Assembly (NCBI GenBank): GCA_964394925.1
Contig: CAYMZG010000001.1
Span: 261,656-319,735, forward strand
From: an uncultured Candidatus Saccharibacteria bacterium
GTDB taxonomy: Bacteria > Patescibacteriota > Saccharimonadia > Saccharimonadales > CAYLGV01
DNA: 58,080 bases
Direction of reading: 5' to 3'
In this document: positions 27,572 to 37,949 of the stretch, one piece after another
Numbering within the stretch: the stretch's first letter is position 1
Layout of the letters: each line of letters starts with the position of its first letter
Program-made: the position numbers and the translations under genes
Notes under the pieces: generated by a model
Told to the model about the DNA's origin: nothing
Seen by the model: the letters and a program-made list of their open reading frames with translations, nothing else
Databases searched by the model: none

Positions 27572-28639
27572 ATGAGTAATAACAAAACCTACTTCTACCG
27601 AGACAAACCCGTGTTTGGGCTTGATATTGGCTTTTCGAGTATCAAAGTAATGCAACTAACACCGCACGGTAACAAACACCGCGTGACTGGCTATGGTGTT
27701 GCGGGCTTTGATTCGAAGGCCATTGAGAACGGAATCGTGAAAGATCCTGAAATCATTGCTAAGGCAGCCTATGAGTTATTCGACAAACATTTAATTGGCG
27801 ATATTACGACGCGGCGAGTGGTAGTTGCCGTACCGGCGGCTCGGACCTTTACACGCTCCCTCACCTTGCCGAAACTCTCCCAGAAAGACCTTGAAGAAGC
27901 CGTACGGCTTGAGACAGAGCAGTATGTGCCCGTTCCAATTGATGAACTGTATGTAGACTTCGATGTCACAAAGACCACTGACAAAGAGCAGGACCTGCTT
28001 GCCGTGGCTGGGCCACGCAAGATAGTTGACTCATATTTGCAACTGACTGATCTATTAGGCTTAGAGACGATTGCAGTTGAAACGACCATTGGTGCTGCCA
28101 GTCGGCTATTTATGCAGGCTGAGCGCAGTGATGTGCCAACCGTACTCATTGACTTAGGCTCACTGTCGTCTGACATCACAATTTACGACAAGGGCCTCAT
28201 CGTTACCGGCACGGTACCAGGTGGGGGCGACAGCTTTACTCATGCCATTGCTAACAAATTACACGTCACGAGACCTGAGGCGCATATCATCAAGACAAAA
28301 TACGGGCTTGGCTTGAGCAAAAAGCAGAAGGAAATCAATGATTCACTGGCACCTATTCTTGATCAAATGATCCGCGAGATACGTCGTATGATCCGCTACT
28401 ACGAGGAGCGTAGCGGTTCTGAGAGTAAGATCGGCCAGGTTGTTACCATGGGCGGCGGCGCCAACATGCCTGGTCTCTCCGAGCACATGACCAATCTGTT
28501 ACGACTCCCCGTCCGCATGTGTGACCCATGGCAACACATGGACTTTGAGGGACTTGAACCACCGAACACGGTTGAAAAGTCGATGTACGTAACCGTTGCG
28601 GGCTTGGCACTAACCTTGCCAAAGGAGATCTTTGCATGA
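27572..28639 (+). CDS. pilM: type IV pilus assembly protein PilM (actin-like ATPase)
   Basis: FGLDIGFSSIKVMQL and MGGGANMPGL motifs. Confidence 0.85.
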   Translation: MSNNKTYFYRDKPVFGLDIGFSSIKVMQLTPHGNKHRVTGYGVAGFDSKAIENGIVKDPEIIAKAAYELFDKHLIGDITTRRVVVAVPAARTFTRSLTLPKLSQKDLEEAVRLETEQYVPVPIDELYVDFDVTKTTDKEQDLLAVAGPRKIVDSYLQLTDLLGLETIAVETTIGAASRLFMQAERSDVPTVLIDLGSLSSDITIYDKGLIVTGTVPGGGDSFTHAIANKLHVTRPEAHIIKTKYGLGLSKKQKEINDSLAPILDQMIREIRRMIRYYEERSGSESKIGQVVTMGGGANMPGLSEHMTNLLRLPVRMCDPWQHMDFEGLEPPNTVEKSMYVTVAGLALTLPKEIFA

Positions 28640-29289
28640 TCAATCTTTTGCCACCCGACGTCAAAGAAAACATGATGTACGCACGTCGTAACACACGTTT
28701 GCGCCACTGGATTGTGGCAGTCTTCTTTGGCTTGGCTGGTATTTTCATGATTGTTGGAGCAGGACAGCTCTACTTACAACAGTCGATTCATGCCTATAAT
28801 CAACAGGTCGCGACTGGCGAGGCCGAGCTAAAAGCACAGAAGCTTGATGAAACACAGGCTAAAGTACAGCAGCTCAGTGGTGATTTAAAACTGGTTGTGT
28901 CAGTACTACAAAAAGAGATTCTATTCTCTAAGTTGCTATCTAAGATTGGCGCCGCACTGCCGCCTGGTTCTGTCTTGACAAATTTAAGCATTAACAAAGT
29001 ACAGGGCGGTATTGACTTGCAAGCCGCCACCACCGATAGCCAAACTGCCACACAGCTACAGCTTAATCTCCAAGACCCTAAGAACCAGATCTTTGACAAA
29101 GCCGACCTTATCAGCATCCAGTGCGCATCGAATGCCAAAGCAACGAGTGGGGACCCGCTCAAGTCTCAGTACCCGTGCACGGCACAACTGCGCGCATTAT
29201 TTGCCAAGAATAACTCTTTCACCTTCATTAGCGGCACACCAGCTGGAAGTGCAAGCGGCTCAACTAGCACAGGAGGAGCCAAGCCATGA
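28636..29289 (+). CDS. pilN: PilN-like pilus assembly protein
   Basis: MINLLPPD N-terminus, single TM, coiled coil. ATGA overlap. Confidence 0.75.
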   Translation: MINLLPPDVKENMMYARRNTRLRHWIVAVFFGLAGIFMIVGAGQLYLQQSIHAYNQQVATGEAELKAQKLDETQAKVQQLSGDLKLVVSVLQKEILFSKLLSKIGAALPPGSVLTNLSINKVQGGIDLQAATTDSQTATQLQLNLQDPKNQIFDKADLISIQCASNAKATSGDPLKSQYPCTAQLRALFAKNNSFTFISGTPAGSASGSTSTGGAKP

Positions 29290-29933
29290 ATAGTAAAAAA
29301 ATGTACTATATTCTGCTTGGCGGCTTCTGCCTGAGTATTGGGCTAGTGATTGCAGGGATTGTACTCGGTGATATGTACCTACACAAACAAAGTGCCAAAC
29401 TTGTCGATCTAAAACTACAGAACAAGGTCATTGAAGAGCAGCAGTCATCCTTGAGCCAGGCCAAGAAGGATGTCGACAAATATGCCGAACTCGACAAGAT
29501 CGCGAAGCAGATTATTCCGCAGGATAAAGACCAGGCTAAGGCAACTCTGGAGATTCTCAACATTGCCAAGGCGTCTGGGATAAAATTAGCCAGTATTTCC
29601 TACCCAGCTTCAACACTAGGACAAGCACCCGTGAAAACACAGGCTACTACAGATGATAAATCCAGTGGTTCGGGAGCCACGCCGGCACCAGCTTCGCCAT
29701 CTATTACCCAGGTTAAGCCTGTCGATGGCCTGCAGAACGTCTACCAATACGATATTACGGTCGTGTCCGACACCGATGCCCCCGTGAGCTACGCGCGTCT
29801 TATGAGCTTTCTCCAGAAACTCGAACAAAACCGCCGTACTGCTCAAGTTACGCAGATATCTATCCAGCCTGATTCACAAAACCGGAATGCCCTGAACTTT
29901 ACACTAACCTTAACGCTATACATAAAGCCATGA
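29286..29933 (+). CDS. PilO-like pilus assembly protein
   Basis: Single TM plus coiled coil plus ferredoxin-like C-terminus pattern. ATGA overlap. Confidence 0.5.
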   Translation: MNSKKMYYILLGGFCLSIGLVIAGIVLGDMYLHKQSAKLVDLKLQNKVIEEQQSSLSQAKKDVDKYAELDKIAKQIIPQDKDQAKATLEILNIAKASGIKLASISYPASTLGQAPVKTQATTDDKSSGSGATPAPASPSITQVKPVDGLQNVYQYDITVVSDTDAPVSYARLMSFLQKLEQNRRTAQVTQISIQPDSQNRNALNFTLTLTLYIKP

Positions 29934-30232
29934 AGCTAGACTTTAAGAAACTCCCAGAGAAACTATCACCTGTCGTTGCTTTTTTGAAACGTTATGCAGT
30001 GTTTATTTCAATAATTGTGGTCCTTGGAATCGCCGCCTTCTTCGTGATCCGTATTAATCAATACAGCCGGATCGAGCCAAGCGACCAGGCCGTTGAGGAT
30101 AAACTGCAAACCGTGCAACGACCAAAAGTAGATCAATCTGTCTTAAATAAGATACAGCAGTTACAAGATCAGAACGTACAGGTTCAGACTCTGTTTGATC
30201 AGGCGCGCAACAACCCCTTCAACGAACAGTAG
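29930..30232 (+). CDS. 100-aa single-TM protein, last gene of the pilus operon
   Basis: ATGA overlap with the upstream gene. One TM and a Q-rich tail. Confidence 0.45.
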   Translation: MKLDFKKLPEKLSPVVAFLKRYAVFISIIVVLGIAAFFVIRINQYSRIEPSDQAVEDKLQTVQRPKVDQSVLNKIQQLQDQNVQVQTLFDQARNNPFNEQ

Positions 30233-30251
30233 TAACAATCAATTTCTGTGC

Positions 30252-30905
30252 TTACGCTTGGCTGCGAGGCAGGTTTAGCAGGTCATTAGCCCGCTTGGCT
30301 GTTTCTGGCTCACTCTCAATAAAGCGCTCACGAGCCTGCAGGATAATTTGGGCGTATTTATTGGGCTGTGGGCAATACTGAAAATGGAAATTAGATCGTT
30401 CACCCGCCGTTTCGACTTTGAGTGTTCCAAAGCCAAAAGCAGTGGCTAGAATGCCGCTTTGCTCGGCAGATATGTCTTCGATGTTGGCCATCGACAATTC
30501 TGAGGTCTGACGCCTAAATAGCCCAAACTGTTGCACCTGTTGAATACTATCATCTGTTACTGTCCATTGATTCTTGAGATAAACAGAGGTTGCAACGAGC
30601 AAAAGAAACGCTGTTAGAAGAACTGCAACGATACCAATAATTGATATCCAGTGCTGCACTTGTTGCTGCAAGTCACCAGTGAGGACCGACGGCACAATAA
30701 ACCAGATCAAACCAAAAGCCACAGCAAGCCCCACAAACGCTTGCAAGTACAGGGCGACAAGACCAAACGGGTGACGCTTGATAACAATAAGTTTTGTTTC
30801 GCCTCCTGGAATGCCTGGAGCAATGAGCTCTTCATTCGTACGTGTTGGGGGAACTGCATCGATGCCCACCTCAGATGGTGAACGTTGTTCAGGATTCATG
30901 ATCAC
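30252..30905 (-). CDS. membrane-flanked bacterial PH domain protein (YdbS/YdbT-like)
   Basis: KRHPFGLV followed by two TMs, then a GFGTLKVETAG-type PH-like C-terminus. Confidence 0.55.
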   Translation of the reverse strand: MIMNPEQRSPSEVGIDAVPPTRTNEELIAPGIPGGETKLIVIKRHPFGLVALYLQAFVGLAVAFGLIWFIVPSVLTGDLQQQVQHWISIIGIVAVLLTAFLLLVATSVYLKNQWTVTDDSIQQVQQFGLFRRQTSELSMANIEDISAEQSGILATAFGFGTLKVETAGERSNFHFQYCPQPNKYAQIILQARERFIESEPETAKRANDLLNLPRSQA

Positions 30906-30907
30906 AA

Positions 30908-31948
30908 TTATAGCAGTTTTGACTGCTCCGTGGTGTCATCTGTGGGTTTTGCTTTTTTGCCAAGGTGTTTGTAGGCCTTGTGGGTCACCTTACGACCACG
31001 CGGTGTTCGCTCAAGCAGCCCAATTTGCATAAGATATGGTTCGTAATGATCCTCGACCGTGGAACGTTCATCGGCCAGGAGGGCAGCTAGTGTTTCTACA
31101 CCTACTGGACCGCCGTGGTAGTTGTCGATAATTGCTTCCAGCAAACGCCTGTCAGATGTGTCGAGCCCAAGTTCATCAATATCGAGCAACACCAAAGCTT
31201 CCCTGGCCTGTACTTCGTCGATAATGCCATCGCCATTCACGTCGGCATAATCACGAACACGCTTGAGGAGGCGATTGGCAATACGCGGCGTTAAGCGCGA
31301 ACGCTTGGCAATTAATGCTGCTGCCGGTGGCTTGATTTGACTATCTAATATGTTGGCCGAACGAGTAATGATTGCCTGCATTTCTTCGGGTGAATAAAAC
31401 TCAAGTCGGTACACATGGCCAAAACGGTCTCGTAGTGGTGCCGCCAGGGCGCCTGTTCTGGTGGTGGCACCAATCAGGGTAAATTTGGGTATGTCGAGTC
31501 GTAGCGAACGGGCACTCGGGCCTTTGCCAAGCATGATGTCGATAGCGTAATCTTCCATGGCGCTATACAGCACTTCCTCAACCTGGCGACTCAGACGGTG
31601 GATCTCATCGATAAATAGAATGTCACCTTCCTGCAGATTGGTGAGCATGCTGGCCAGATCGGCGGCACGGTCTATGGCTGGACCACTGGTTACCCGAATA
31701 TTGGCGCCCATCTCCCTGGCAATCACGTTTGCGAGCGTGGTCTTGCCGAGCCCTGGCGGACCAAAGAGCAAAATATGATCGAGCGGTTCACTACGTTTTT
31801 TGGCCGCTTGAATGCTCAGTGCTAGGTTTTGCTTGACCCGTTCTTGGCCAATGTAACTATTAAAGTCAGACGGCCTGAGAGTAACTTCAAGCTCAATCTC
31901 AACCGGATCTTCGGCTGGCACATCACTTTGCACAATACGCTCAATCAC
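30908..31948 (-). CDS. ruvB: Holliday junction helicase RuvB
   Basis: [11 protein letters not shown] and FIDEIHRL motifs. 4-nt overlap with ruvA. Confidence 0.95.
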   Translation of the reverse strand: MIERIVQSDVPAEDPVEIELEVTLRPSDFNSYIGQERVKQNLALSIQAAKKRSEPLDHILLFGPPGLGKTTLANVIAREMGANIRVTSGPAIDRAADLASMLTNLQEGDILFIDEIHRLSRQVEEVLYSAMEDYAIDIMLGKGPSARSLRLDIPKFTLIGATTRTGALAAPLRDRFGHVYRLEFYSPEEMQAIITRSANILDSQIKPPAAALIAKRSRLTPRIANRLLKRVRDYADVNGDGIIDEVQAREALVLLDIDELGLDTSDRRLLEAIIDNYHGGPVGVETLAALLADERSTVEDHYEPYLMQIGLLERTPRGRKVTHKAYKHLGKKAKPTDDTTEQSKLL

Positions 31949-32526
31949 AAACTGCTCCCTTTAAGGGCTTGCTTAACACGCTCCTCAACGGGCAAATCTT
32001 TTGGCACGCTGCCAAGTGCCATAGCGGCGTCTTCGGCACTATAGCCTAGAGCCATAAGCGCTTGTGTGGCTTCATCTTGTAAATTAGCGCCCGGTCGACT
32101 AATGAGCATATCAGCCGCATCACTTGGCAGTCCAACCTTGTCTTTAAGGTCAACCACCACTCGCTCGGCCACTCGCTTGCCAACACCTTGGGCTGACTGT
32201 AAGAACTTAACGTCACCACCGGCGATGGCGCCAGTTACCTGGCTGGCCGAGCCAATGCTCAGAATGTTCAGCGCCATTTTGGGGCCTACCCCGTTCACAC
32301 CAAGTAGTTGTTCAAACAGTGCCTTGGTTTGCAGATTGGTAAAGCCAAATAGATCGTGGGCGTTCTCGCGTATGTGCTCATAGATATACAGTTTAACGGG
32401 GTCACCTTGCAATAAGCGATTAAAGTCCTCGGCGGGCACCAGCACACCATAGCCAACCCCTTTAACATCAACGATAAGTAGTTCAGACAGTTTTTCGGCA
32501 ACTGTGCCAGATAGTGTTGCAATCAT
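31945..32526 (-). CDS. ruvA: Holliday junction DNA-binding protein RuvA
   Basis: [10 protein letters not shown]-terminus and HhH motifs ([18 protein letters not shown]). Confidence 0.9.
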   Translation of the reverse strand: MIATLSGTVAEKLSELLIVDVKGVGYGVLVPAEDFNRLLQGDPVKLYIYEHIRENAHDLFGFTNLQTKALFEQLLGVNGVGPKMALNILSIGSASQVTGAIAGGDVKFLQSAQGVGKRVAERVVVDLKDKVGLPSDAADMLISRPGANLQDEATQALMALGYSAEDAAMALGSVPKDLPVEERVKQALKGSSL

Positions 32527-32580
32527 CCCTTTCAGTATACTACTTATGCTGCACGAGTGGTGTTGTGGTTAATAGGTCAG

Positions 32581-33051
32581 TTACATGGTCTGCATGTGGC
32601 AAAGAGCTGCGGCAATAGCATCAGCACAATCATCTGGCTTGGGCACTTCACTCAAGCCCAGTTGCAAGCGCACCATTTCTTGAACTTGTTTTTTATCAGC
32701 CTTTCCATAGCCCGTAACCGCTTGCTTGATCTGTAGTGGGGTATACTCGGCAAGCTCAAGGTTGTGTTGTTTGCCCAGCAATAACACCACACCACGGGCT
32801 TGGCTCACCGACATGGCCGTCGTTACGTTCTGAGCAAAGAATAACTTTTCGACCGACATGTAGTGGGGCTTTAACTCACGAATAAGCTCATCTAGTTCTT
32901 TGTAAATTGTGAATAAGCGGTCACTGTCGGCCTGTTTTACAGGGGTACGTATAACGCCAGCATCGATTAACTTGGGCTGCTTGCGCTCATTTAATTCAAT
33001 AACGCCAAAACCTAGAATTCCAGTGCCTGGATCAATGCCGAGTATGCGCAT
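32581..33051 (-). CDS. ruvC: Holliday junction resolvase RuvC
   Basis: MRILGIDPG and the DAIAAALCH C-terminal motif. Confidence 0.92.
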   Translation of the reverse strand: MRILGIDPGTGILGFGVIELNERKQPKLIDAGVIRTPVKQADSDRLFTIYKELDELIRELKPHYMSVEKLFFAQNVTTAMSVSQARGVVLLLGKQHNLELAEYTPLQIKQAVTGYGKADKKQVQEMVRLQLGLSEVPKPDDCADAIAAALCHMQTM

Positions 33052-33075
33052 GTTTGCTCGCTTCGGCTGCTTAGC

Positions 33076-33804
33076 TTAAGCCCCGAGGAGTTCCTCTGGA
33101 ATATCGAAGTTAACATGTGTTGCAGTGACATCATCAATATCATCGAGGGCATCCATGAGGCGCATAATTTTGCCTGCCGTACTGGCATCTTCAACCCGAA
33201 TGGTATTGTTCGGCACGTAGGTTAATTCAGCTTCGATAACTTCGACACCGCCAGCAAGGAGTGCCTCACGAACTTTGTTAAGTTCCTTGGGATCGGTGTA
33301 AATTAAAGATTCTTCACCTTCATCTTGCACGTCTTCGGCGCCTGCGTCGAGGGCTGCAAGCAGCAGGTCATCACCACCACCCTTCACACGAATGCTACCT
33401 TTGCGGTCAAACTGGAAAGCAACGGCGCCTTTTTCGGCAATATTGCCGCCATGCTTGCTAAAAGCCAGTCGCACCTCAGGATACGTGCGGTTAATATTAT
33501 CAGTGGCACACTCAACTAATATGGCCACGCCGCCCGGACCATAGCCCTCGTACAGTACTTCTAGTAGCTGTGCAGCACTTTTATCGGCCACACGCTGGAT
33601 GGCTCGCTCGATGTTGGCCATTGGCATGTTGGCGGCCTTCCCTTTTTCAATGGCTAACGCCAGTGCCGAATTCGAGGCCGGATCGGTGCCACCTCGTGCA
33701 GCGATGGCAATCTGATTACCGATTCGCGTAAAAACAGCGCCACGCTTGGTGTCGGTGACGGCTTTTTGTCGTTTAATGGTTGACCATTTACTATGTCCGC
33801 TCAA
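33076..33804 (-). CDS. yebC: YebC/PmpR-family transcriptional regulator
   Basis: MSGHSKWSTIKRQK N-terminus. The ATG overlaps the comEC stop. Confidence 0.92.
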   Translation of the reverse strand: MSGHSKWSTIKRQKAVTDTKRGAVFTRIGNQIAIAARGGTDPASNSALALAIEKGKAANMPMANIERAIQRVADKSAAQLLEVLYEGYGPGGVAILVECATDNINRTYPEVRLAFSKHGGNIAEKGAVAFQFDRKGSIRVKGGGDDLLLAALDAGAEDVQDEGEESLIYTDPKELNKVREALLAGGVEVIEAELTYVPNNTIRVEDASTAGKIMRLMDALDDIDDVTATHVNFDIPEELLGA

Positions 33805-35258
33805 GGTAAGGTACTCCGTTTTATCTCTGTTATGATACCAGTTTTTGGCTGTTTTCTCCAGAGAATTATCATCAAGACACTAATTGTAGCGTATAGCACC
33901 ATCATGCCTATGACGCCGAGCTGTCGCTGTACCAATATATGTGGAACACGCGACATATACGTTACGATGTCTAGCATATACGTGAGTAGTGCCTTGGCTG
34001 GCCATGCTATCCAGCCTGCCAAACTTGGCGCTACCATGCCAGCCAACCCCGCAAACAACGTGAGTAGCATAGCCAGCGGCACAAATGGCACCACTAGTAT
34101 ATTTGCTGGCAACGCAATAATTGAAACCTGTTTAAAAATGAACAAAATAAACGGCATGGTCATGATCATGGCGCAAACACTTTCACTAAGCAGTGCCTTA
34201 ATGGCGTTTGGACTGTTTGTGTGGAAAACGCGCTGGTTTACTAACGGGCCAAGGACCATTACCCCAAAAAAGGCCAGGAACGACAAATACCAGCCAATGT
34301 CGCTCCACAAATAAAACGGATTCCAGCCTGCGGTAACTGCTGCCGTTAGACTAATGAGCAGAAGTGGTTTAAATTGGCGTCCGTAATACCATGCACATAG
34401 GCTCAAAAGACTAACCAATGCAGCCCGCACAATCGATGCACTAAAGCCTGTCACGCTCACAAATAACAGAATAAGCACAACTGAGCACACCATAATCTGG
34501 TATTTCGAGCCTTTCTTGAGCACTTTTCGGCTCGTGTCGGCAATAATGGTAAGATTGTAACCCGATACAGCAATAATATGAGTCAGGCCGACGGCCGACA
34601 GCATGAGCGCAAAGTCTTGCGGTAAGGTAGACTTCTGACCGATCAACAAACCCATTGCAAACGATGCATGCGGTTCGGGCAGGGCAGATTGCATGCCCGC
34701 AGCAAAGCGCCGTCTCATGGCATCAAGTGCTGAACTGCTTCTGCCCACAACTCGTAGATCGGCAAAATCCATGCGTAACTGTTTACTGCCTTTGGCTAAC
34801 TTTACCCGGCCTTCGGCTTCGACCAGGTCACCCTTATACACAGCAACCTCTCCAAAACCCGCGATTTGTAAACTGCCGGGCAACCGAGCTTGGTACGGAT
34901 ATTGTAGGTCTAAGTGATCAGCGTCAAACACAAGTTGTGTGTGATCGCCGTAAACGCCGTCACTCGAAACCTGCACGACAGCCGTGATGGTTCTTCCATT
35001 TAGGTCGGAAAGTGGCTTTGTGGCTAGCAGGAACTGTGTGCCGCGCCAGTACCCAGTAAATAGCCCGACACATACAACCGCAACAACGGCCGCATTCTTG
35101 GCTCGCATCAGCAATGCCAACACACCACCAGTGACTAACACCGCCCAAGACGACATAAAAGCAGCTAACGACAAACGTGCTGCCGCCAAACCGACTAGAA
35201 AGCATACAAATAACAGCGTAAGTAACGAAGTCCGAGCTAATGCAATATTTCTCAGCAT
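33801..35258 (-). CDS. comEC: DNA internalization channel ComEC/Rec2, short form
   Basis: 485-aa polytopic protein with an N-terminal DUF4131-like region and the competence domain. I found no C-terminal metallo-beta-lactamase-like part. Confidence 0.85.
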   Translation of the reverse strand: MLRNIALARTSLLTLLFVCFLVGLAAARLSLAAFMSSWAVLVTGGVLALLMRAKNAAVVAVVCVGLFTGYWRGTQFLLATKPLSDLNGRTITAVVQVSSDGVYGDHTQLVFDADHLDLQYPYQARLPGSLQIAGFGEVAVYKGDLVEAEGRVKLAKGSKQLRMDFADLRVVGRSSSALDAMRRRFAAGMQSALPEPHASFAMGLLIGQKSTLPQDFALMLSAVGLTHIIAVSGYNLTIIADTSRKVLKKGSKYQIMVCSVVLILLFVSVTGFSASIVRAALVSLLSLCAWYYGRQFKPLLLISLTAAVTAGWNPFYLWSDIGWYLSFLAFFGVMVLGPLVNQRVFHTNSPNAIKALLSESVCAMIMTMPFILFIFKQVSIIALPANILVVPFVPLAMLLTLFAGLAGMVAPSLAGWIAWPAKALLTYMLDIVTYMSRVPHILVQRQLGVIGMMVLYATISVLMIILWRKQPKTGIITEIKRSTLP

Positions 35259-35300
35259 TATCTCAGTTTAGCGTAATAACTTGTTATTTTCTGCTGTAAT

Positions 35301-35747
35301 TTAGACGTTTTTAGCAAAACGACTGACGGCTCTGTGCACTTGGTAGCGCTTTAGGTCCGAAACTGGTCGCTGCTTTACAAAGAGAGCCTGCACCTTGGCT
35401 AGGCTATAGCCTTGCAGAAGCAAAACTGCTGACGCCATGGCGACACTACGATGACGCCCTTTGTGACAAAACACATACACCTTACCGCCACGCTCGATTT
35501 CTTGTTTGGCAAGCAACGCCGTGGCAAGTAGCCGTTTTTGTCCCACAAAGCCCAGCGGCAAGTCAAAACATGGCACCCAAATATCTTGCATTATGTTCTG
35601 GCGAACGAATATCGGCGATGGCCACTCAGCGCGCATATTGATTAATAGCGTAATACCGACGTCTGCCAGCGTCTGATAATCACGCCGGCGAGGCGTACGG
35701 CCAACATACAGTTGATCAGTAATGCGTGACATGTCGAGCGATTTCAT
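35301..35747 (-). CDS. dual-specificity / tyrosine phosphatase-like protein
   Basis: CX5R active site VFCHKGRHRS. 148 aa. Confidence 0.7.
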   Translation of the reverse strand: MKSLDMSRITDQLYVGRTPRRRDYQTLADVGITLLINMRAEWPSPIFVRQNIMQDIWVPCFDLPLGFVGQKRLLATALLAKQEIERGGKVYVFCHKGRHRSVAMASAVLLLQGYSLAKVQALFVKQRPVSDLKRYQVHRAVSRFAKNV

Positions 35748-35825
35748 AACTCATCAACTATAGCAAATAACAGTAGTTTATGCGCTTCGGGGCTGCTATA
35801 CTGAGAATCAAATAAGGAGATTACT

Positions 35826-36218
35826 ATGGCAAAGCAACCACCAAAGCAGCCAACCGACTCAAAATTAATGTTTATTAAAACAGCTCGGGTGCTGTCATAC
35901 ATCGTGTATTCGTTTATGATTGTCGCTGTTGTGTTCTTGTCAATCGGCTTCGTCTTGCTGTTATTTGGCGCTAATCCAAATGTTGGCTTTACTAAGTTTA
36001 TCTACAAGGTTGCTGCTGAATTCTTGCAACCATTCCGTGGTATTTTCCCAAGCCACCAGGTTGGTGAAACGGGTTACTTTAGCACCTCTGCCCTGTTTGC
36101 GATCATTATTTACATGGTGGCAGCCCTCGGCATCAACTCGCTCATCAGCTATATCACCGCTAAGATGGTGAAGCACGAAAACGAGCTCGAGCAGTATCAG
36201 GGTCAAATCGAAGCGTAG
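35826..36218 (+). CDS. YggT-family-like membrane protein
   Basis: AAGGAG RBS. Two or three TMs with an LQPFRGIFP motif. Confidence 0.5.
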   Translation: MAKQPPKQPTDSKLMFIKTARVLSYIVYSFMIVAVVFLSIGFVLLLFGANPNVGFTKFIYKVAAEFLQPFRGIFPSHQVGETGYFSTSALFAIIIYMVAALGINSLISYITAKMVKHENELEQYQGQIEA

Positions 36219-36221
36219 AAT

Positions 36222-36974
36222 CTAGCAACTCAGATAATCGTAGTAACTCGTGGAGTTACAATTGCTGGTATTCCCCATGCAGTCTTCGTAACGTTTCGGG
36301 TACTTGTGGTACTGTGCACATGCTTGTTGGTTGGCAGTCCCTGTGCTGTTATTGGAACTGTTGCTTGTATTTGGTGACGATTCCCGAGCAGTTGGATCAG
36401 TATAGGTCGAGCTACTCGTTGGGGGTGTATCATTCAGGGTGTTTGATGGCGTTGGCGCTGTTTGTTGGTTAACGTCTGGAACACTTTGCGTGTTTGAGCT
36501 ATTCGTTCCTGAACCGCTCACTGCGCTGGCAGCCCCTTCAGGAATGGGATTTTGCATGGCAGCGCCAAGCAAACAACCAATCAAGACCGCAAATGTCGCC
36601 GCCCATGCCCACTTGCTGACAGGCGATGCCTTCTTCTTTGGTGGTGTCCAGGTTCTTGAACGTGATGACTGTGGCCGCGGACGAGCTGAAGTGGTGGCGT
36701 GCTGTCGAGTGTGTGGTGTATACACATATTCGTGGTTATTATCGTAATGTTTTCGTGCCGTACTACGAGGAATGTCGACTGTCTTATCGTAGCGAAGGCG
36801 CGCTTGGGGGTCAGATAATACCCGGTAAGCCTCATTGAGCGCAGCCATCTTTTTGGCATCTCCGTTCAGATCGGGGTGGTACTTTTTAGCAAGCAATTTG
36901 TAGCTAGCTTTAATCTGGGCGTTGCTAGCGCTCGCCGAGACACCCAGCACTCGGTAGTAATCTACACCATGCAT
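36222..36974 (-). CDS. J-domain membrane protein with S/T/N-rich tail
   Basis: DYYRVLGV...YHPD J-domain, one TM (WAWAATFAVLIGCLLGAAM), low-complexity tail ending with 4 Cys. Confidence 0.8.
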   Translation of the reverse strand: MHGVDYYRVLGVSASASNAQIKASYKLLAKKYHPDLNGDAKKMAALNEAYRVLSDPQARLRYDKTVDIPRSTARKHYDNNHEYVYTPHTRQHATTSARPRPQSSRSRTWTPPKKKASPVSKWAWAATFAVLIGCLLGAAMQNPIPEGAASAVSGSGTNSSNTQSVPDVNQQTAPTPSNTLNDTPPTSSSTYTDPTARESSPNTSNSSNNSTGTANQQACAQYHKYPKRYEDCMGNTSNCNSTSYYDYLSC

Positions 36975-37026
36975 TTCACTATTTTACCATTATTGGCCTG
37001 AGGAAGGGCTTTGAGGTAATTCAGAA

Positions 37027-37704
37027 CTAGCGAACGAGCTTATCGCGAGCTAATTTTGCTAAAGCCGGCGTGTGGTTGCCCATCGGCAAAAGAATAGTGG
37101 TAACCAGCATTTGTGCCAAGCCTCGTCCAGCATCTGGGCCGATCATAACTGTGCGCCGGTCGTCATAAGGAGGTTCTGGCACTTGTAGTGCTGTCCTTAG
37201 TCCTTCGGCCAAGAGTTTCAAAGCCAGCTGTCGATCACCCGCTAATGCTGCTATCAACGATCCGTGCCTGGCATTCGCATAACGGCAAGACAAATCTGGG
37301 TGCTCTTTCAAGATATCATAGGCTTCTCTGAATCGTGGTGTTGCTTCGGCAAGTAACATGGCTTCCTGTGATTCCACAGCAAAAATATTTACCGTCTTAA
37401 CAGCTGCAATTCTGCCCATGTTTGAGAGAATTAGGCCTGCTCTGTCCTCAAGTCCTAGGCGTTCTGCAATTTTTGCAGCGGACTCAAGCTTGTCCGCCGC
37501 TTCATCATACCGCCCCATACTCCATAAAGCCTGTGCGGCCGGCTCAATAGCGTCTAGGCTCCTGGCGCGATCATCATGTCCCAGCGCAAGCTGTGCGGCA
37601 GTCTCAAATACATCAAGCGCCGTTGCGTAATTATCTTGTTGCTCGGCCATCATGCCTTTTGCACACAATACGTCAAACTCTTCTAAAAACTCACCCGTAA
37701 GCAT
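37027..37704 (-). CDS. TPR-like helical repeat protein
   Basis: 225 aa of A/L-rich helix pairs. TGtTATTGT lies 6 nt upstream of the ATG. Confidence 0.45.
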   Translation of the reverse strand: MLTGEFLEEFDVLCAKGMMAEQQDNYATALDVFETAAQLALGHDDRARSLDAIEPAAQALWSMGRYDEAADKLESAAKIAERLGLEDRAGLILSNMGRIAAVKTVNIFAVESQEAMLLAEATPRFREAYDILKEHPDLSCRYANARHGSLIAALAGDRQLALKLLAEGLRTALQVPEPPYDDRRTVMIGPDAGRGLAQMLVTTILLPMGNHTPALAKLARDKLVR

Positions 37705-37894
37705 TTTGCTACAATAACATTTTTAACTACATATAACAAATTTGGGATTCGCTTTTTATTGAGGGGCGTGCGGTAACTGGGTTGGAACGTCTATTTTTGT
37801 GACCGTAGCCTGGAGGGGCACATAACCACAATGCTACGTGGGGCGATCGGCCTTTTCACCGAAGTCTCTGATTACGAAACAAACGAGTAGCGGG

Positions 37895-37947
37895 GTCCCT
37901 CCATGAAAAAAGCCGACACATTGGTCGGCCTATTTTCATGGAGGGAC
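37895..37947 (+). promoter_or_regulatory. nested perfect hairpin (15 bp + 6 bp) whose 3' arm sequesters a GGAGGG Shine-Dalgarno; also terminator-like
   Basis: GTCCCTCCATGAAAA (37895-37909) pairs with TTTTCATGGAGGGAC (37933-37947). Inner stem GCCGAC (37912-37917) pairs with GTCGGC (37924-37929). The inner stem is followed by CTATTTTC on the plus strand and by TTTTTT on the minus strand. Confidence 0.6.
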
Positions 37948-37949
37948 GT

